Notes: a model not told the origin generated them from the sequence alone. A stretch of 64,000 nt of DNA from a bacterium (GCA_043824255.1 JBDRTG010000021.1:1802-65801); one strand, 5' to 3'; shown: positions 28,169 through 39,388, numbered from the stretch's first letter. Translations and numbers: made by a program.

Positions 28169-28492
28169 TTATTTTTCTGGCTCTTTATCAGGCGCTTCTT
28201 CTTTTATAGCTTTAGCTTCTACCTGCTTTATACCTTCCTTTTTCACTATGGAAGTACCGCTGTAATGAGAAACCCACATAAAACTCAGGGAGATGGACGT
28301 GATGACGAAAATTACAGCCATTGCTGTGGTGAGTTTTGTCATAAATGTCTCAGAACTTGTTCCAAATAGAGATTGAGTGCCTGCTCCGCCAAACATACTG
28401 GCAATATCTGCACCTTTTCCTACCTGAAGAAGAACAATTAAAATCAGACTTATGCAAGCTATAATATGGATTACACTTATAAACGTAAACAT
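28169..28492 (-). CDS. secG: Preprotein translocase subunit SecG
   Basis: Two TM helices flank the motif LLQVGKGADIASMFGGAGTQSLFG. Confidence 0.88.
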   Translation of the reverse strand: MFTFISVIHIIACISLILIVLLQVGKGADIASMFGGAGTQSLFGTSSETFMTKLTTAMAVIFVITSISLSFMWVSHYSGTSIVKKEGIKQVEAKAIKEEAPDKEPEK

Positions 28493-28496
28493 AAAA

Positions 28497-29684
28497 TTAT
28501 TTATCCGTTAATGCAGCAATGCCCGGCAGTTCAATGCCTGCAAGATATTCAAGAGATGCACCTCCGCCGGTAGATATATGGCTGATCTTATCTGCCACAC
28601 CTGCCTTATTTACAGCTGCTATGGAATCTCCTCCTCCAATGACAGTATATGCGTCTACTTTAGCAAGCGCTTTAGCGATAGCAATAGTGCCCTTTGCAAA
28701 TTTATCTATCTCAAAAACGCCCACCGGGCCATTCCAAAAAACAGTTTTTGAAAGCCCAATTTCAGTTTTATACTCTTCGATTGCCTGAGGTCCTATATCA
28801 ACCCCTATCCAGCCTGCGGGAACTGCTCCTCTTTCAGTTATTATTGTTTGTGCGTCTTCAGAGATTTCCTGAACTATTACATGGTCTAAAGGGGTGTGTA
28901 ATTCCGCACGTGCTTTACGCATTTTTGTTATTATTTCTTTTGCAACGTCTATTTTGCTTTCATCTACAAGAGAGTTTCCAACTGTCCAGTTTTTTGCCTT
29001 GCAAAAAGTGTATGCTACCCCACCTCCGAGCAGCAAAGTATCTATTTTGCCAACAAGGCTTTCCATAACCGGTATTTTGTCAGCAAGTTTAGCCCCGCCC
29101 ATAATAAGAGTAAAAGGTTTTTCTGGATTTTCTATTAGCTTACTTAAAGCTTTCATCTCTTTTTCCATCAGAAAGCCACATGCAGCCTTGTTAATAAACA
29201 TTTCTACTCCGACTGTTGAGGCGTGCGCGCGATGGGCAGTTCCAAAAGCATCGTTAACATAAATATCTGCCAGCTTTGCCATAGACTGAGAGAAGTTTAC
29301 ATCATTCTTTTCTTCTTCTTTATGAAAGCGCGTATTTTCAAGAAGTAATACTTCGCCGCTTTTCAACTTGTCTACTTCTTTTTCAACTTCAGAACCAACA
29401 CAATCATTCAGTTTGACAACTTTTATACCTAATAATTCCCCCAGCCTTATACCTATGGGACTTAATCTCATTTTCTCAATTATGTTCCCCTTTGGACGAT
29501 CTAAATGAGAAACAAGTATTAACTTTGCTCCATTTTCTATTAAATACTTAATACTCGGTAAAGCTGCTTTGATGCGGGTGTCATCTGTTATATTACAGTT
29601 ATCATCCAGAGGAACATTAAAATCCACTCTCATTAAAACTTTCTTATCTTTGACTTCTATATCTCTTAAAGACAATTTGCTCAT
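28497..29684 (-). CDS. pgk: Phosphoglycerate kinase
   Basis: Motifs [26 protein letters not shown], and STGGGASLE. The four plus-strand ORFs inside it (28519-29262) are antisense artefacts. Confidence 0.97.
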   Translation of the reverse strand: MSKLSLRDIEVKDKKVLMRVDFNVPLDDNCNITDDTRIKAALPSIKYLIENGAKLILVSHLDRPKGNIIEKMRLSPIGIRLGELLGIKVVKLNDCVGSEVEKEVDKLKSGEVLLLENTRFHKEEEKNDVNFSQSMAKLADIYVNDAFGTAHRAHASTVGVEMFINKAACGFLMEKEMKALSKLIENPEKPFTLIMGGAKLADKIPVMESLVGKIDTLLLGGGVAYTFCKAKNWTVGNSLVDESKIDVAKEIITKMRKARAELHTPLDHVIVQEISEDAQTIITERGAVPAGWIGVDIGPQAIEEYKTEIGLSKTVFWNGPVGVFEIDKFAKGTIAIAKALAKVDAYTVIGGGDSIAAVNKAGVADKISHISTGGGASLEYLAGIELPGIAALTDK

Positions 29685-29690
29685 ATTTTT

Positions 29691-30743
<1,053 letters not shown>

Positions 30744-30752
30744 TTAGGCTCA

Positions 30753-30781
30753 ATTATACAAAATTAAATATCAAACTTCAA
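30753..30781 (-). promoter_or_regulatory. Candidate sigma70-type promoter for gap-pgk-secG
   Basis: The minus strand reads TTGAAG (30781-30776), a 17-nt spacer, then TATAAT (30758-30753), about 50 nt upstream of the gap ATG. Confidence 0.4.
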
Positions 30782-30796
30782 CAGGTTTCACTGTCC

Positions 30797-31615
30797 TTAT
30801 TTCGAATTTTTCTTAATGAAGTTTTTTATTGCCTCCTCATATTCTTTACCCATTATTATAAAGCCATCATTATGCTCTCCACGCATTTTATAAAACTGTT
30901 TAGGAGATAGAGCCGTCTTAAAGAGTTTCTCTCCATGGTGAAAAGGTATTATCTCATCATCTTCTGAGTGTATTATAAGCTTTGGAATTTTTGCATTTTT
31001 TATTTTTTGTTTACTGTCATATTTTATGCTTGCACAATATTTAATTGGCAAAAATGGATAAAATTCCTTCCCAATATCAATTATAGATGTAAATGCGCTT
31101 TCTGAAATAAGTAAGCCTTTATTAATTTTTGCCGCAAGGTCAATCGCTATTGAACCTCCCAGAGAACGGCCAAATATAACAATCTTGTCCTCATCTGGCT
31201 TTTTCTTTGAAATAAGCCACTTATATGCAGCCATTGCGTCCAGATAAGTGCCTTTTTCTGTTGGAAATCCCCTGCTTTTGCCATAACCCCTGTAATCAAA
31301 TATAAGAACATTCAAACCAAGATTATGAAATATGTCTATACTGTCAAGACGGTCGCTTATATTCCCAGCATTCCCATGGCAAAAAAGGAGAGTTGATATT
31401 GCTTCTTCACAAGGAACGTACCAGCCATTCAGCTTGACATGATCATCTGTTTCAAAAAAGATATCTTCAAACTTCAAACCTATACTTTCTGGAGTTATGC
31501 TAATCTCACGCGTAGGATAGTAAATGTTTTTCCATTCAAAATACCTGAAATATAGATGGAGGGAACAAACAACAATCAGTGTCCCAGCAATATATTTAAC
31601 AACTTTTATCCACAT
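30797..31615 (-). CDS. Alpha/beta-fold hydrolase with N-terminal membrane anchor
   Basis: N-terminal TM helix, an HGNAGN oxyanion-type motif, nucleophile elbow GRSLGG, and a C-terminal D/H region (HSEDDEIIPFHHG). Confidence 0.75.
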   Translation of the reverse strand: MWIKVVKYIAGTLIVVCSLHLYFRYFEWKNIYYPTREISITPESIGLKFEDIFFETDDHVKLNGWYVPCEEAISTLLFCHGNAGNISDRLDSIDIFHNLGLNVLIFDYRGYGKSRGFPTEKGTYLDAMAAYKWLISKKKPDEDKIVIFGRSLGGSIAIDLAAKINKGLLISESAFTSIIDIGKEFYPFLPIKYCASIKYDSKQKIKNAKIPKLIIHSEDDEIIPFHHGEKLFKTALSPKQFYKMRGEHNDGFIIMGKEYEEAIKNFIKKNSK

Positions 31616-31636
31616 TTAGAACACCTCTTATTTGAC

Positions 31637-32515
31637 TTATTTTTTAGGCTGAGTTTTCCAGCGATTATGTAGCCAGAACCACTGGTCAGGATATTGTCTG
31701 ATATAAGATTCAATAACCTTAGAAAATTGAGCTGTGTATTTCTGTATATCACTATCTGAATTTTCAGAACTATGCGCGTATATAGGATTTCCAATAAGTA
31801 TTCTGTGGTGTTTCCTCTCTCTTACAATAAAAGCTGGAACAACTGGCGCTCCTGTTCTTAAGGCAAAAACGGCTATTCCTTTTGCAGTAGCTGCAGGACT
31901 TCCAAAGAAATCCGTAAACACCATATCTTTTCTCGTATTTTGATCCATTAATATAGCAACAAGTTCATTATTACTGAGTGCGCGAAACACCTTTCTAATA
32001 GGATCATTCTTCTGAATAACTTTCATTCCAACAAGCCTTCTATACCTGTCAATAGTATTCCCTATTTTTCTGTTATCTGAAAGTCTGCCAATTGCATTTA
32101 TCGGATATCCCAAAAGCCCAAAAGCAGCGCCCAAAAGTTCCCAGTTTCCAAAATGCGCACCAAGCAAAATAGCTCCTTCCCCTTTTTCTAGAATGTGGCC
32201 TATTTTGCATAGCTGAGATGTATCAACAATTCTTCTTATTCTTGTTCCATTCATTCTCGGAAGCTGCAGAAATTCCAGAAGTGTTTTTCCAAGATTTTTA
32301 TATGTCTCTCTGGCTATCTTTTTCAGTTCAATATCACTTTTCTGATTTCCAAAAGCAAACTTAAGATTTTTAAAAACCTGTTTTCTCCTGATTCTGAGTA
32401 TATAAAATGTAAAATCTCCAAGAATATTGCCTAAAAAAAGCATTAAACTTCTAGGCAGATACCTTACGCATACAGCTACTGTTACTCCCAAAAAATATTG
32501 ACGGGTATGTCTCAT
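31637..32515 (-). CDS. LpxL/HtrB-family (lysophospholipid/lipid A late) acyltransferase
   Basis: N-terminal hydrophobic segment, catalytic HX4E-type motif GAHFGNWELLG, and the family C-terminus YPDQWFWLHNRWK. Confidence 0.8.
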   Translation of the reverse strand: MRHTRQYFLGVTVAVCVRYLPRSLMLFLGNILGDFTFYILRIRRKQVFKNLKFAFGNQKSDIELKKIARETYKNLGKTLLEFLQLPRMNGTRIRRIVDTSQLCKIGHILEKGEGAILLGAHFGNWELLGAAFGLLGYPINAIGRLSDNRKIGNTIDRYRRLVGMKVIQKNDPIRKVFRALSNNELVAILMDQNTRKDMVFTDFFGSPAATAKGIAVFALRTGAPVVPAFIVRERKHHRILIGNPIYAHSSENSDSDIQKYTAQFSKVIESYIRQYPDQWFWLHNRWKTQPKK

Positions 32516-33636
32516 ATTTTTTTATCCATTAATTCTTCATAGAGTTTTTCAGTTTTGTGAATCATCCGGCTTAAAGAAAAACTTTTGACAGTCTCTTTAG
32601 CAGCAAGTCCCATTCTTATAGTCAATTCTTCATTGCCAGCTAATGTAAGCATCTTATCTGCGAGAGCATCCTCGTCTCTGGAAGGAACAATAAATCCATT
32701 TTCTCCGTCAATGATAATCTCCTTATTACCACCCACATCTGTTGCAACTACCGGCTTTTCGCAAGCCATTGCCTCTAAAACTACATTTGAGAAACCTTCT
32801 CTAATGGATGAAATCACTGAAAGATCCGAAAGATAGAGCATATCTTTAATATCTTCCCGGTTGCCTGTGAAAACAATGTTCTCCTTTATTCCTAATCTTT
32901 CTGAGAGAGATTCTAAACTCTCTTTCATTGGGCCATCTCCAACTATCAGAAACTTTAGATTCCCCATTTTTAGGATTATCTTTCTCGCTGCTCTCAATAG
33001 GTATTCATGTCCCTTTTGCGGATGAAGACGGCCTATAGCTACTATTACTTTATCGCCCTGCAATAAGCCCAATTTAGCTTTTTTCTCGAGTATTACTTTC
33101 TGAGAGGGTATGTTCTTTTGCCAAAAATCCAGGTCTACTCCATTATAGATAACCTCAAACCTATTAGCTAAGATATTAGCATTTTCTATATAAAAATTCT
33201 TAACTGCTTCTGAGACGGCAATAATCTTATCGGAGTATGCAGCAAACCATTTGTCTAATGTTAACTGCCAGCCTCCTTTCCAACTGTCCACATTATGCTC
33301 ATTTGCAATTATAACAGGCACGCTTGCTAATTTTGCTGCGATTCTCCCTGTAGTGTTGGGTTTATGGCAGTGAGTATGAACTATATCAATATTTTCTTTC
33401 TTCATGATTGAGTACAGTCTATAAATACAAACAGGATCAAACTTGAATCTGCGCGGGACTATTTTGACTAAAATTCCGGATTGTTCCAGGCAACGCCGCA
33501 ATTCTCCGGATTTGAAACTGCATACGATAATATCATACTTCTCCTTGTTGAGTTTCGGCAAAAGTGACACCATTCTCTTCTGCACCCCACCCACACCCAG
33601 ATTTGAAACTATGCGTAATATTCTAATTTTTCGCAA
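32512..33636 (-). CDS. Glycosyltransferase family 4
   Basis: N-terminus LRIVSNLGVGGVQKRM and C-terminal EGFSNVVLEAMACEKPVVATDVGGNKEII (EX7E motif). Start and stop overlap both neighbours. Confidence 0.85.
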   Translation of the reverse strand: MRKIRILRIVSNLGVGGVQKRMVSLLPKLNKEKYDIIVCSFKSGELRRCLEQSGILVKIVPRRFKFDPVCIYRLYSIMKKENIDIVHTHCHKPNTTGRIAAKLASVPVIIANEHNVDSWKGGWQLTLDKWFAAYSDKIIAVSEAVKNFYIENANILANRFEVIYNGVDLDFWQKNIPSQKVILEKKAKLGLLQGDKVIVAIGRLHPQKGHEYLLRAARKIILKMGNLKFLIVGDGPMKESLESLSERLGIKENIVFTGNREDIKDMLYLSDLSVISSIREGFSNVVLEAMACEKPVVATDVGGNKEIIIDGENGFIVPSRDEDALADKMLTLAGNEELTIRMGLAAKETVKSFSLSRMIHKTEKLYEELMDKKI

Positions 33637-34330
33637 AATTTTCTCTCTTCTTTACCACTTCTATTTCTTGTCTTAATTTTACTATGGTATTTGACTCAAG
33701 TATTCCCTTAATTGATGAACAAGGATATATAATGCAGTTTTTCCCTATTAATGTCCCTGGATTTGTGACTGCATTACATCCAATCCGACTTTTGTCCCCG
33801 ATAATTGCACCAAAATGTTCTAATCCAGTTCGAAATTTCTCTTCATTTATCCTCACAATAATTTCTTTCCCGTCATTTTTGTAATTAGAAATTTTGCATC
33901 CTGCTCCTAGATTCACCCCATTTCCAAGTATTGTATCTCCAACATACCCAAAATGAGAGGCAGCACTGCCATTTAACATTATAGAATTTTTAATCTCTGA
34001 TGCATGCCCAACAATGCAGTTATTTTCAATTATACAATTCTCTCTAAGATATGCTCCATGTCGTATGAATACATTCTCTCCAATTATAGCAGGCCCCTTT
34101 ATATAAGCTCCTGATTCTATAACTGTCCCTTCACCTATAGAAACATTTTTACCTATAAATGTATTATTTTCGATTTTACCCTTAATAGAGCAAACTAAAT
34201 TTGCTAAAATCCATTCTTTTATATTTGGCAAGACTTCCCAAATATACTTAATGTCTTTAAATAATGAGTTAAGGTTTGTATTTGACAGCTCAAAATAATA
34301 TTCTTTATCATATTTTTCTACATTCATCAC
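33623..34330 (-). CDS. Left-handed beta-helix (hexapeptide-repeat) acyl/acetyltransferase, GlmU-C-terminal-like
   Basis: Long run of hexapeptide repeats (IGKNVSIGEGTVIESGAYIKGPAIIGENVFIRHGAYLRENCIIENNCIVGH...). No nucleotidyltransferase domain. Confidence 0.7.
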   Translation of the reverse strand: MMNVEKYDKEYYFELSNTNLNSLFKDIKYIWEVLPNIKEWILANLVCSIKGKIENNTFIGKNVSIGEGTVIESGAYIKGPAIIGENVFIRHGAYLRENCIIENNCIVGHASEIKNSIMLNGSAASHFGYVGDTILGNGVNLGAGCKISNYKNDGKEIIVRINEEKFRTGLEHFGAIIGDKSRIGCNAVTNPGTLIGKNCIIYPCSSIKGILESNTIVKLRQEIEVVKKRENFAKN

Positions 34331-35132
34331 TAATCCCTTTCTTATATTCCAGCATCCTTCTATCGTAAGTAGTAAGATAAAAATACTTGTTTCTCGTTAA
34401 AGGAGCCCTGACTTTATAAAAACCTTCTGCATATTTTACTTTAATTTTCTTTCCCCAGGTAACATCTCTTTTTTTCCAATAAGAGGTTTTCTGCCACCTC
34501 CATGCCTGAGATTTATGTTTGTTGACAGCTTCTCCTTTCTTTTCCATATACTTTGTTATATCTATAAATGTGTTCGGAGAAAAATCAACTAGGGAACCTC
34601 TTGAGCCAGACGGCCAGAGATACAAATCGCCAAGCTTTACTTTCTCTGATGCTTCCTTAAACGCTTTAAATACCAGGCAGGATGTGGAATAATGACCAAC
34701 ATTCATATCATCAGGATAATGAGTAAAAACAATCTCAGGTTCGTATTTTGCAATTAAATCAGCAACCTCAATTACACACCTTGGAATAAAAGGTGCGTCA
34801 TAAAGAAACTCTTTACCCGGGAGTTTTTTCCATTTTTCAAACAACTCAAGATTTTCTCCAAAACGAACTAATTTCTCTTTTTCGTTACAGACAAATGATT
34901 CCTTAAAACCAAGAAATACAGACTCAGCGCCTAGAACCTTTGCTCCTTCTGCAGCCTCTTCTTTTCTCATTTGACCTGTCTCATTACTTCCTGGTGGGGA
35001 CCCAGCATCACATGCTGCAACCAGTACATAGATTAACTTATATCCCTTATCCTTGAACTTTGCCAATGCACCTCCGCATCTTATTTCTATATCATCAGCA
35101 TGCGCGCCAAAAGCCATAATACATTTCTTCAT
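34308..35132 (-). CDS. PIG-L/LmbE-family de-N-acetylase
   Basis: N-terminal signature AFGAHADDIEIRCGG and downstream HYPDDMNVGH (a metal-binding His/Asp pattern of the PIG-L family). Confidence 0.8.
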   Translation of the reverse strand: MKKCIMAFGAHADDIEIRCGGALAKFKDKGYKLIYVLVAACDAGSPPGSNETGQMRKEEAAEGAKVLGAESVFLGFKESFVCNEKEKLVRFGENLELFEKWKKLPGKEFLYDAPFIPRCVIEVADLIAKYEPEIVFTHYPDDMNVGHYSTSCLVFKAFKEASEKVKLGDLYLWPSGSRGSLVDFSPNTFIDITKYMEKKGEAVNKHKSQAWRWQKTSYWKKRDVTWGKKIKVKYAEGFYKVRAPLTRNKYFYLTTYDRRMLEYKKGISDECRKI

Positions 35133-38100
35133 GATTTCACCCCCAAATTTAGTCCCAAAATACCAATAATAACCTCATTCGCCACAGCTTCTACAGAGAA
35201 GCTTTGTAATTTCTTTATTGGATCAAGAACAATTCTCTGCACTATGCCGTGGTTGTAATCACTAAAATATACAGTTTCGTCTTCCTGCTGAATTGCAGCG
35301 ACAAGCCAGTCATCAAAATTTACAGGATTGACCAGACTTGTTTCCTCCAATGACCCATCTGTATACTTAACTTTAAAACGTCCATTTTCAACTCTCGACT
35401 GCATGGGATTTGTTACCCCGATGAAGAAGATTGCCAGCTCTGTGGCTTGACCAGATATAGGGATGCAGATCTCATCAGGGAAATTATCCCAGATGGATAC
35501 ACATGCTGCATTTGGTCCTGTTGGAGGAGTCTTGAAATTAATGCCGGATGGAGTTCTAAATGTACCTTTACACTGTCGAAAAACAGTGTCCTTGATGACT
35601 ACAGTATTACGTCCTACCTGATTCCAATCCCATGCAGAACGCCCATTCACACTCACACCAATTGAGTATCCTCTGGGTCGTGGACTGAGATACCTAATAG
35701 AGTGGATTTCGGTAAGCGAGATATTAAAATACTTGGAGATATTAATTGGATGAAATTCGCCCCGAGGTTCTATTCGTTTCAGCTTCGGCTTTCGGGCTAC
35801 CAGAAAATCTGCGGTGAGCCACGCACTCCAGTGTCCAATCTTTGCGTGTATAAACACAGTGTGTGCGCCAATACTGCCAATTACCTTAGCATAAAGAATG
35901 CTGTTATGAACACATACATCTGAGACAGCGTCAGACGGATCCTTGTAATCCAGAATTTCTCCTTTTGTTATTTTAATCCGTATTCTGTCGCCCTTATAAA
36001 CTTTTTGAGACAGTTCCAATACAGGCGGATTTTTCCCTCCATGCGTTATGCACAGGTGCAAATGCCCTGCTTGGCTGGTTTTCACGACTATAGAACACCG
36101 ATTGATTTCTGATTCCACTCTGTACTTTACAGGCGCACCGTTCAATAGCACTGATTCAACACGTGTGGAACGCAGAGGAAGTTTTAATATCCGTGCAGCA
36201 GGTCGTTCACACCATACCTCAAGGCTTTCATTGCGTCCGCTACGGCTGTAATTAATAGAAATATCCTTTACTTTGAGACTTGCGTGATCCCAATCAACAG
36301 GCAGATTCGGCGCAACTTCAATACGGTCGTCCAGTAAATGAAAACGGACACCAAACAGTCCTTCAACAATCACCCTGAGATACATGCTTGAGACATCAGC
36401 AAAATCCTGAGACTGTTCGCTATGACCGGTTCCTGTCATGCAATGCGCAGCCATGCCAGGATTTCCGCCCATAAAATACGCATCTACAATGGCTTTCAGA
36501 ATCTCCATGCCCTTTTCAGCCCATCCGTTTTGGAAATAAGCCCAGGCCAGATGAAGATTCTCAGCAGTATACAGCCCACAGCTAGAGTAACTCTGTGGAT
36601 ACCAGTTAGATGACCAGACCAGACGCCCTTTCCTGGGCAATGTCTGTTCATTGCGCAGGTCTGTCTCTGTAAAGCGCAGCATCTGATGCGCTTGAAAAGC
36701 ATCTACTGCACCGGATTCAATTGAGTGATAGATTGTAGCTAGTTCTGGCGAGGCATGAATAAGCTTTTTGCCGACTGTATCAATGTATTCCGCCATTATG
36801 CCCTTGGATGGAAGCCAGAGTGTCTTCTGAAGAGCCTTTAAAATTTTATTTGCGCGAGACACAAACGCCTTGTGATTCCGCCCGAGCCGTTTGGCAATTT
36901 TACCCATTAGATAGTTAGCGCGAAAGTTATAAGCACTGGACTGCGCGCAGCCACCGCCATTATAGGAGTGTGAATCAGAAATCCATGTATTGAGAAAGTT
37001 CTGATAGAGTCCATCTTTATCAGGATCAAGAATACGTGCCTCCCAGTCAAGAACTCGTGCTACCACATCAAACATCTCTCTGGCTACAGCAATATCCCCT
37101 GTCCATTCAAGGTGATGGAGAAACATATCTATTGCAACCTCTTGCATGTTGTATTTTAAAGTATGCTCTCCAAGAAGAAATGGAATGAAACCAGTGCTGT
37201 TTTCCAGCCAGTGGTATTGAGTTCCACCACTACGGTATTTAGGTTGAGGATTACCATCATACCAGATCTCTTCAGGTCCTTCAGCCTCATTAACCTGTCT
37301 GGAGGCATGTGTACGAAAGCAGGTCTCAGCCCGATCATGCCAGCCAATCACAGTTGGCCCATACGAGTTTCTCCAGCCTAAATAGGGACTATGGTAGCTA
37401 GTTGCTCCATGATAGAATGCATTCTTATGCCAGGATGCATCTAAAGCTATGACAGTTGGCGGAATGGTCAGATCCAGCATGGTATCTGGTGTGTGAACCT
37501 CAATTGCTGATTGCTTTCGATGAATTTTGTGTTTTAAATCCGCTACTGGATCATTCTTGGACAGCCAGTAGTCCAGCTTTTTTTCTTTTTCATTGCGAAT
37601 TACAACTATAACCCCATCCAATGTCTTCCCCTGTGTAATTGGGCAGGACATTCGCACCATTGGCGTATCTTCTGGAACATTTTTTTCTTCAAGAAAGGCA
37701 CCGGGGCTTTTACCGTCCTGAACGTGTTTTGCATCTCCGATGGAAACATCCATTGGCAAATTAGTTCCAATCCACATAGAGGAATTGGCAGAGTCTCCAT
37801 TTTCCCCTTGCACCAGGGCACGATTGGTTCCGCAGGTTACTATGTTGCCGCGACAATCCTCCACTCTGAAATTACGCTCACCAACAACAGGGAATTCAAG
37901 CGCTCCCAGAAAATCAGTGATTCCGCCAAAGCCCATGCAGAGAATCACGCGCTGGTCAGCCTTTATTCGCAAATGCACCAAAAATCCGTCCTCTGGCGTC
38001 AGTGGCAGAACCTCAACAAAAGCCTTTACATGGGAAAACCACGGGGAAAACGGCTGGACTTTGTACTCCATCCATCCATTGCAGAATGTAGAAATTGTGC

Positions 38101-38404
38101 CTTCAGCCTTGTGAAGCCATTGTGAACTGTAGTCATCGCCACTAATTGAGTAACGAGGCTGGAAGTAAAAGCCAGGTGTTAGAGCTACTCCCAGCATGAA
38201 CACACCGCACTTAGCTTGGGGACCAGTCTTATCCTTACGCCAATCAGTGATTGCTCCCATGATCAGCGGTTGGTCTCCAGCAAAAGTAAAGTAACGCTCT
38301 GAAAGATTGTCATTAGCATGTCCACCATACAAAGTACGATTAAAAATCTCTTGGCTACCAATAATTTCATATCCATTGTTTACTGGAGCATACCGTGTCT
38401 TCAT
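35129..38404 (-). CDS. Large cytoplasmic protein with six-hairpin-glycosidase-like central region (function unknown)
   Basis: 1091 aa with no signal peptide. The central segment (DKDGLYQNFLNTWISDSHSYNGGGCAQSSAYNFRANYLMGKIA...WAYFQNGWAEKG) resembles (alpha/alpha)6 glycoside hydrolases, flanked by beta-rich N- and C-terminal regions. ATGA overlap with the PIG-L gene. The family assignment is uncertain. Confidence 0.6.
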   Translation of the reverse strand: MKTRYAPVNNGYEIIGSQEIFNRTLYGGHANDNLSERYFTFAGDQPLIMGAITDWRKDKTGPQAKCGVFMLGVALTPGFYFQPRYSISGDDYSSQWLHKAEGTISTFCNGWMEYKVQPFSPWFSHVKAFVEVLPLTPEDGFLVHLRIKADQRVILCMGFGGITDFLGALEFPVVGERNFRVEDCRGNIVTCGTNRALVQGENGDSANSSMWIGTNLPMDVSIGDAKHVQDGKSPGAFLEEKNVPEDTPMVRMSCPITQGKTLDGVIVVIRNEKEKKLDYWLSKNDPVADLKHKIHRKQSAIEVHTPDTMLDLTIPPTVIALDASWHKNAFYHGATSYHSPYLGWRNSYGPTVIGWHDRAETCFRTHASRQVNEAEGPEEIWYDGNPQPKYRSGGTQYHWLENSTGFIPFLLGEHTLKYNMQEVAIDMFLHHLEWTGDIAVAREMFDVVARVLDWEARILDPDKDGLYQNFLNTWISDSHSYNGGGCAQSSAYNFRANYLMGKIAKRLGRNHKAFVSRANKILKALQKTLWLPSKGIMAEYIDTVGKKLIHASPELATIYHSIESGAVDAFQAHQMLRFTETDLRNEQTLPRKGRLVWSSNWYPQSYSSCGLYTAENLHLAWAYFQNGWAEKGMEILKAIVDAYFMGGNPGMAAHCMTGTGHSEQSQDFADVSSMYLRVIVEGLFGVRFHLLDDRIEVAPNLPVDWDHASLKVKDISINYSRSGRNESLEVWCERPAARILKLPLRSTRVESVLLNGAPVKYRVESEINRCSIVVKTSQAGHLHLCITHGGKNPPVLELSQKVYKGDRIRIKITKGEILDYKDPSDAVSDVCVHNSILYAKVIGSIGAHTVFIHAKIGHWSAWLTADFLVARKPKLKRIEPRGEFHPINISKYFNISLTEIHSIRYLSPRPRGYSIGVSVNGRSAWDWNQVGRNTVVIKDTVFRQCKGTFRTPSGINFKTPPTGPNAACVSIWDNFPDEICIPISGQATELAIFFIGVTNPMQSRVENGRFKVKYTDGSLEETSLVNPVNFDDWLVAAIQQEDETVYFSDYNHGIVQRIVLDPIKKLQSFSVEAVANEVIIGILGLNLGVKS

Positions 38405-38422
38405 CCTGTTAATTCTCCTCTT

Positions 38423-39358
38423 TTAAATCCTGATGTTATACAATTCCATAGCGTTTTTATATGTAATTTGAGATATCATATCTCTTGAAGAGCCTGCTCT
38501 TAATAGCATTTTTTTAATTGATGATATATCAGCATGCGTATCTATTTTATTTCTATCTTCTTTAAACCTAAACACCTCTCCATACGGCTGAAAAGGTGGT
38601 CCAATACGGGTACTCCAGTCCGTTCCAACTAATAGACGATTTGTCGGGACTTCCTTAAGTACACGTTTTAATAATTCACTATGGCTAAAATTCATAATTT
38701 CTACCCAAAAATTATCAGGATAGCTTAAAAATACACCATTAAGCACATCTAAAAACCAGTTTCCCCATGGTATATACTCAGATGTTGGACCGCATCCAAT
38801 TGCATGACCAAGAATATATTTGGCTTCAGGCACTCTTTCTGCGATCCCCAACAGATCTTCCATCTGTTCCATACCTGCTCCTGATTCGCCGATTCCCTGA
38901 AACCAATATGAACCCAAATGAATCTGGACAGGGGCATTATAACGTGCTGCTAACTTCACTACCTTTTCCCCTGCATTGCTGTTCATACGGTAATCCATTG
39001 TATATTGAAGCATTTCACCAAGTTGAACAAATCCCCATTCTTCAAAACAAATCTTCATAACCTTTAATGATTCTTCCAAAAAGTTCGGATTTATCATACA
39101 GCTTCCATATAGTTTATCCGGCGCTTGACGAATAAGATCATAGACCATACGATTGCCAGCCAGTATTTGTTCCGGGGCGTGTTTCATACCATGAGTATAC
39201 GGCTTATCACAGCTGAGAATAATACGTAAATCCGCTCCTGATTCTTCCAGCATATTAAGAACCCCTTCCAGCATATGCTTGCGCCACTTACCATTTGCGC
39301 CAATATCAGTAACATGCATGTGAGTGTCTATCCATAATGATCTCTTCGGATTTGTCAT
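38423..39358 (-). CDS. Metal-dependent amidohydrolase-fold (TIM barrel) hydrolase
   Basis: N-terminal WIDTHMHV (HxH metal motif), later HLG..., ILGHAIG and VGTDW (Asp on the last strand), consistent with the amidohydrolase_2-type fold. Confidence 0.65.
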   Translation of the reverse strand: MTNPKRSLWIDTHMHVTDIGANGKWRKHMLEGVLNMLEESGADLRIILSCDKPYTHGMKHAPEQILAGNRMVYDLIRQAPDKLYGSCMINPNFLEESLKVMKICFEEWGFVQLGEMLQYTMDYRMNSNAGEKVVKLAARYNAPVQIHLGSYWFQGIGESGAGMEQMEDLLGIAERVPEAKYILGHAIGCGPTSEYIPWGNWFLDVLNGVFLSYPDNFWVEIMNFSHSELLKRVLKEVPTNRLLVGTDWSTRIGPPFQPYGEVFRFKEDRNKIDTHADISSIKKMLLRAGSSRDMISQITYKNAMELYNIRI

Positions 39359-39388
39359 ATTTTTCCCTTTCTATAGTGCTGAGCCAGT

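Noticed and set aside
28519-29262. Four plus-strand ORFs (60-124 aa) inside pgk, with similar sets inside gap, coaBC (48777..49226), dxs and the 1091-aa gene (37724..38125, 37740..38114)
   Set aside because: All are antisense or out of frame to strongly supported genes. They are typical shadow ORFs and are especially long in the GC-richer 35-38 kb gene.
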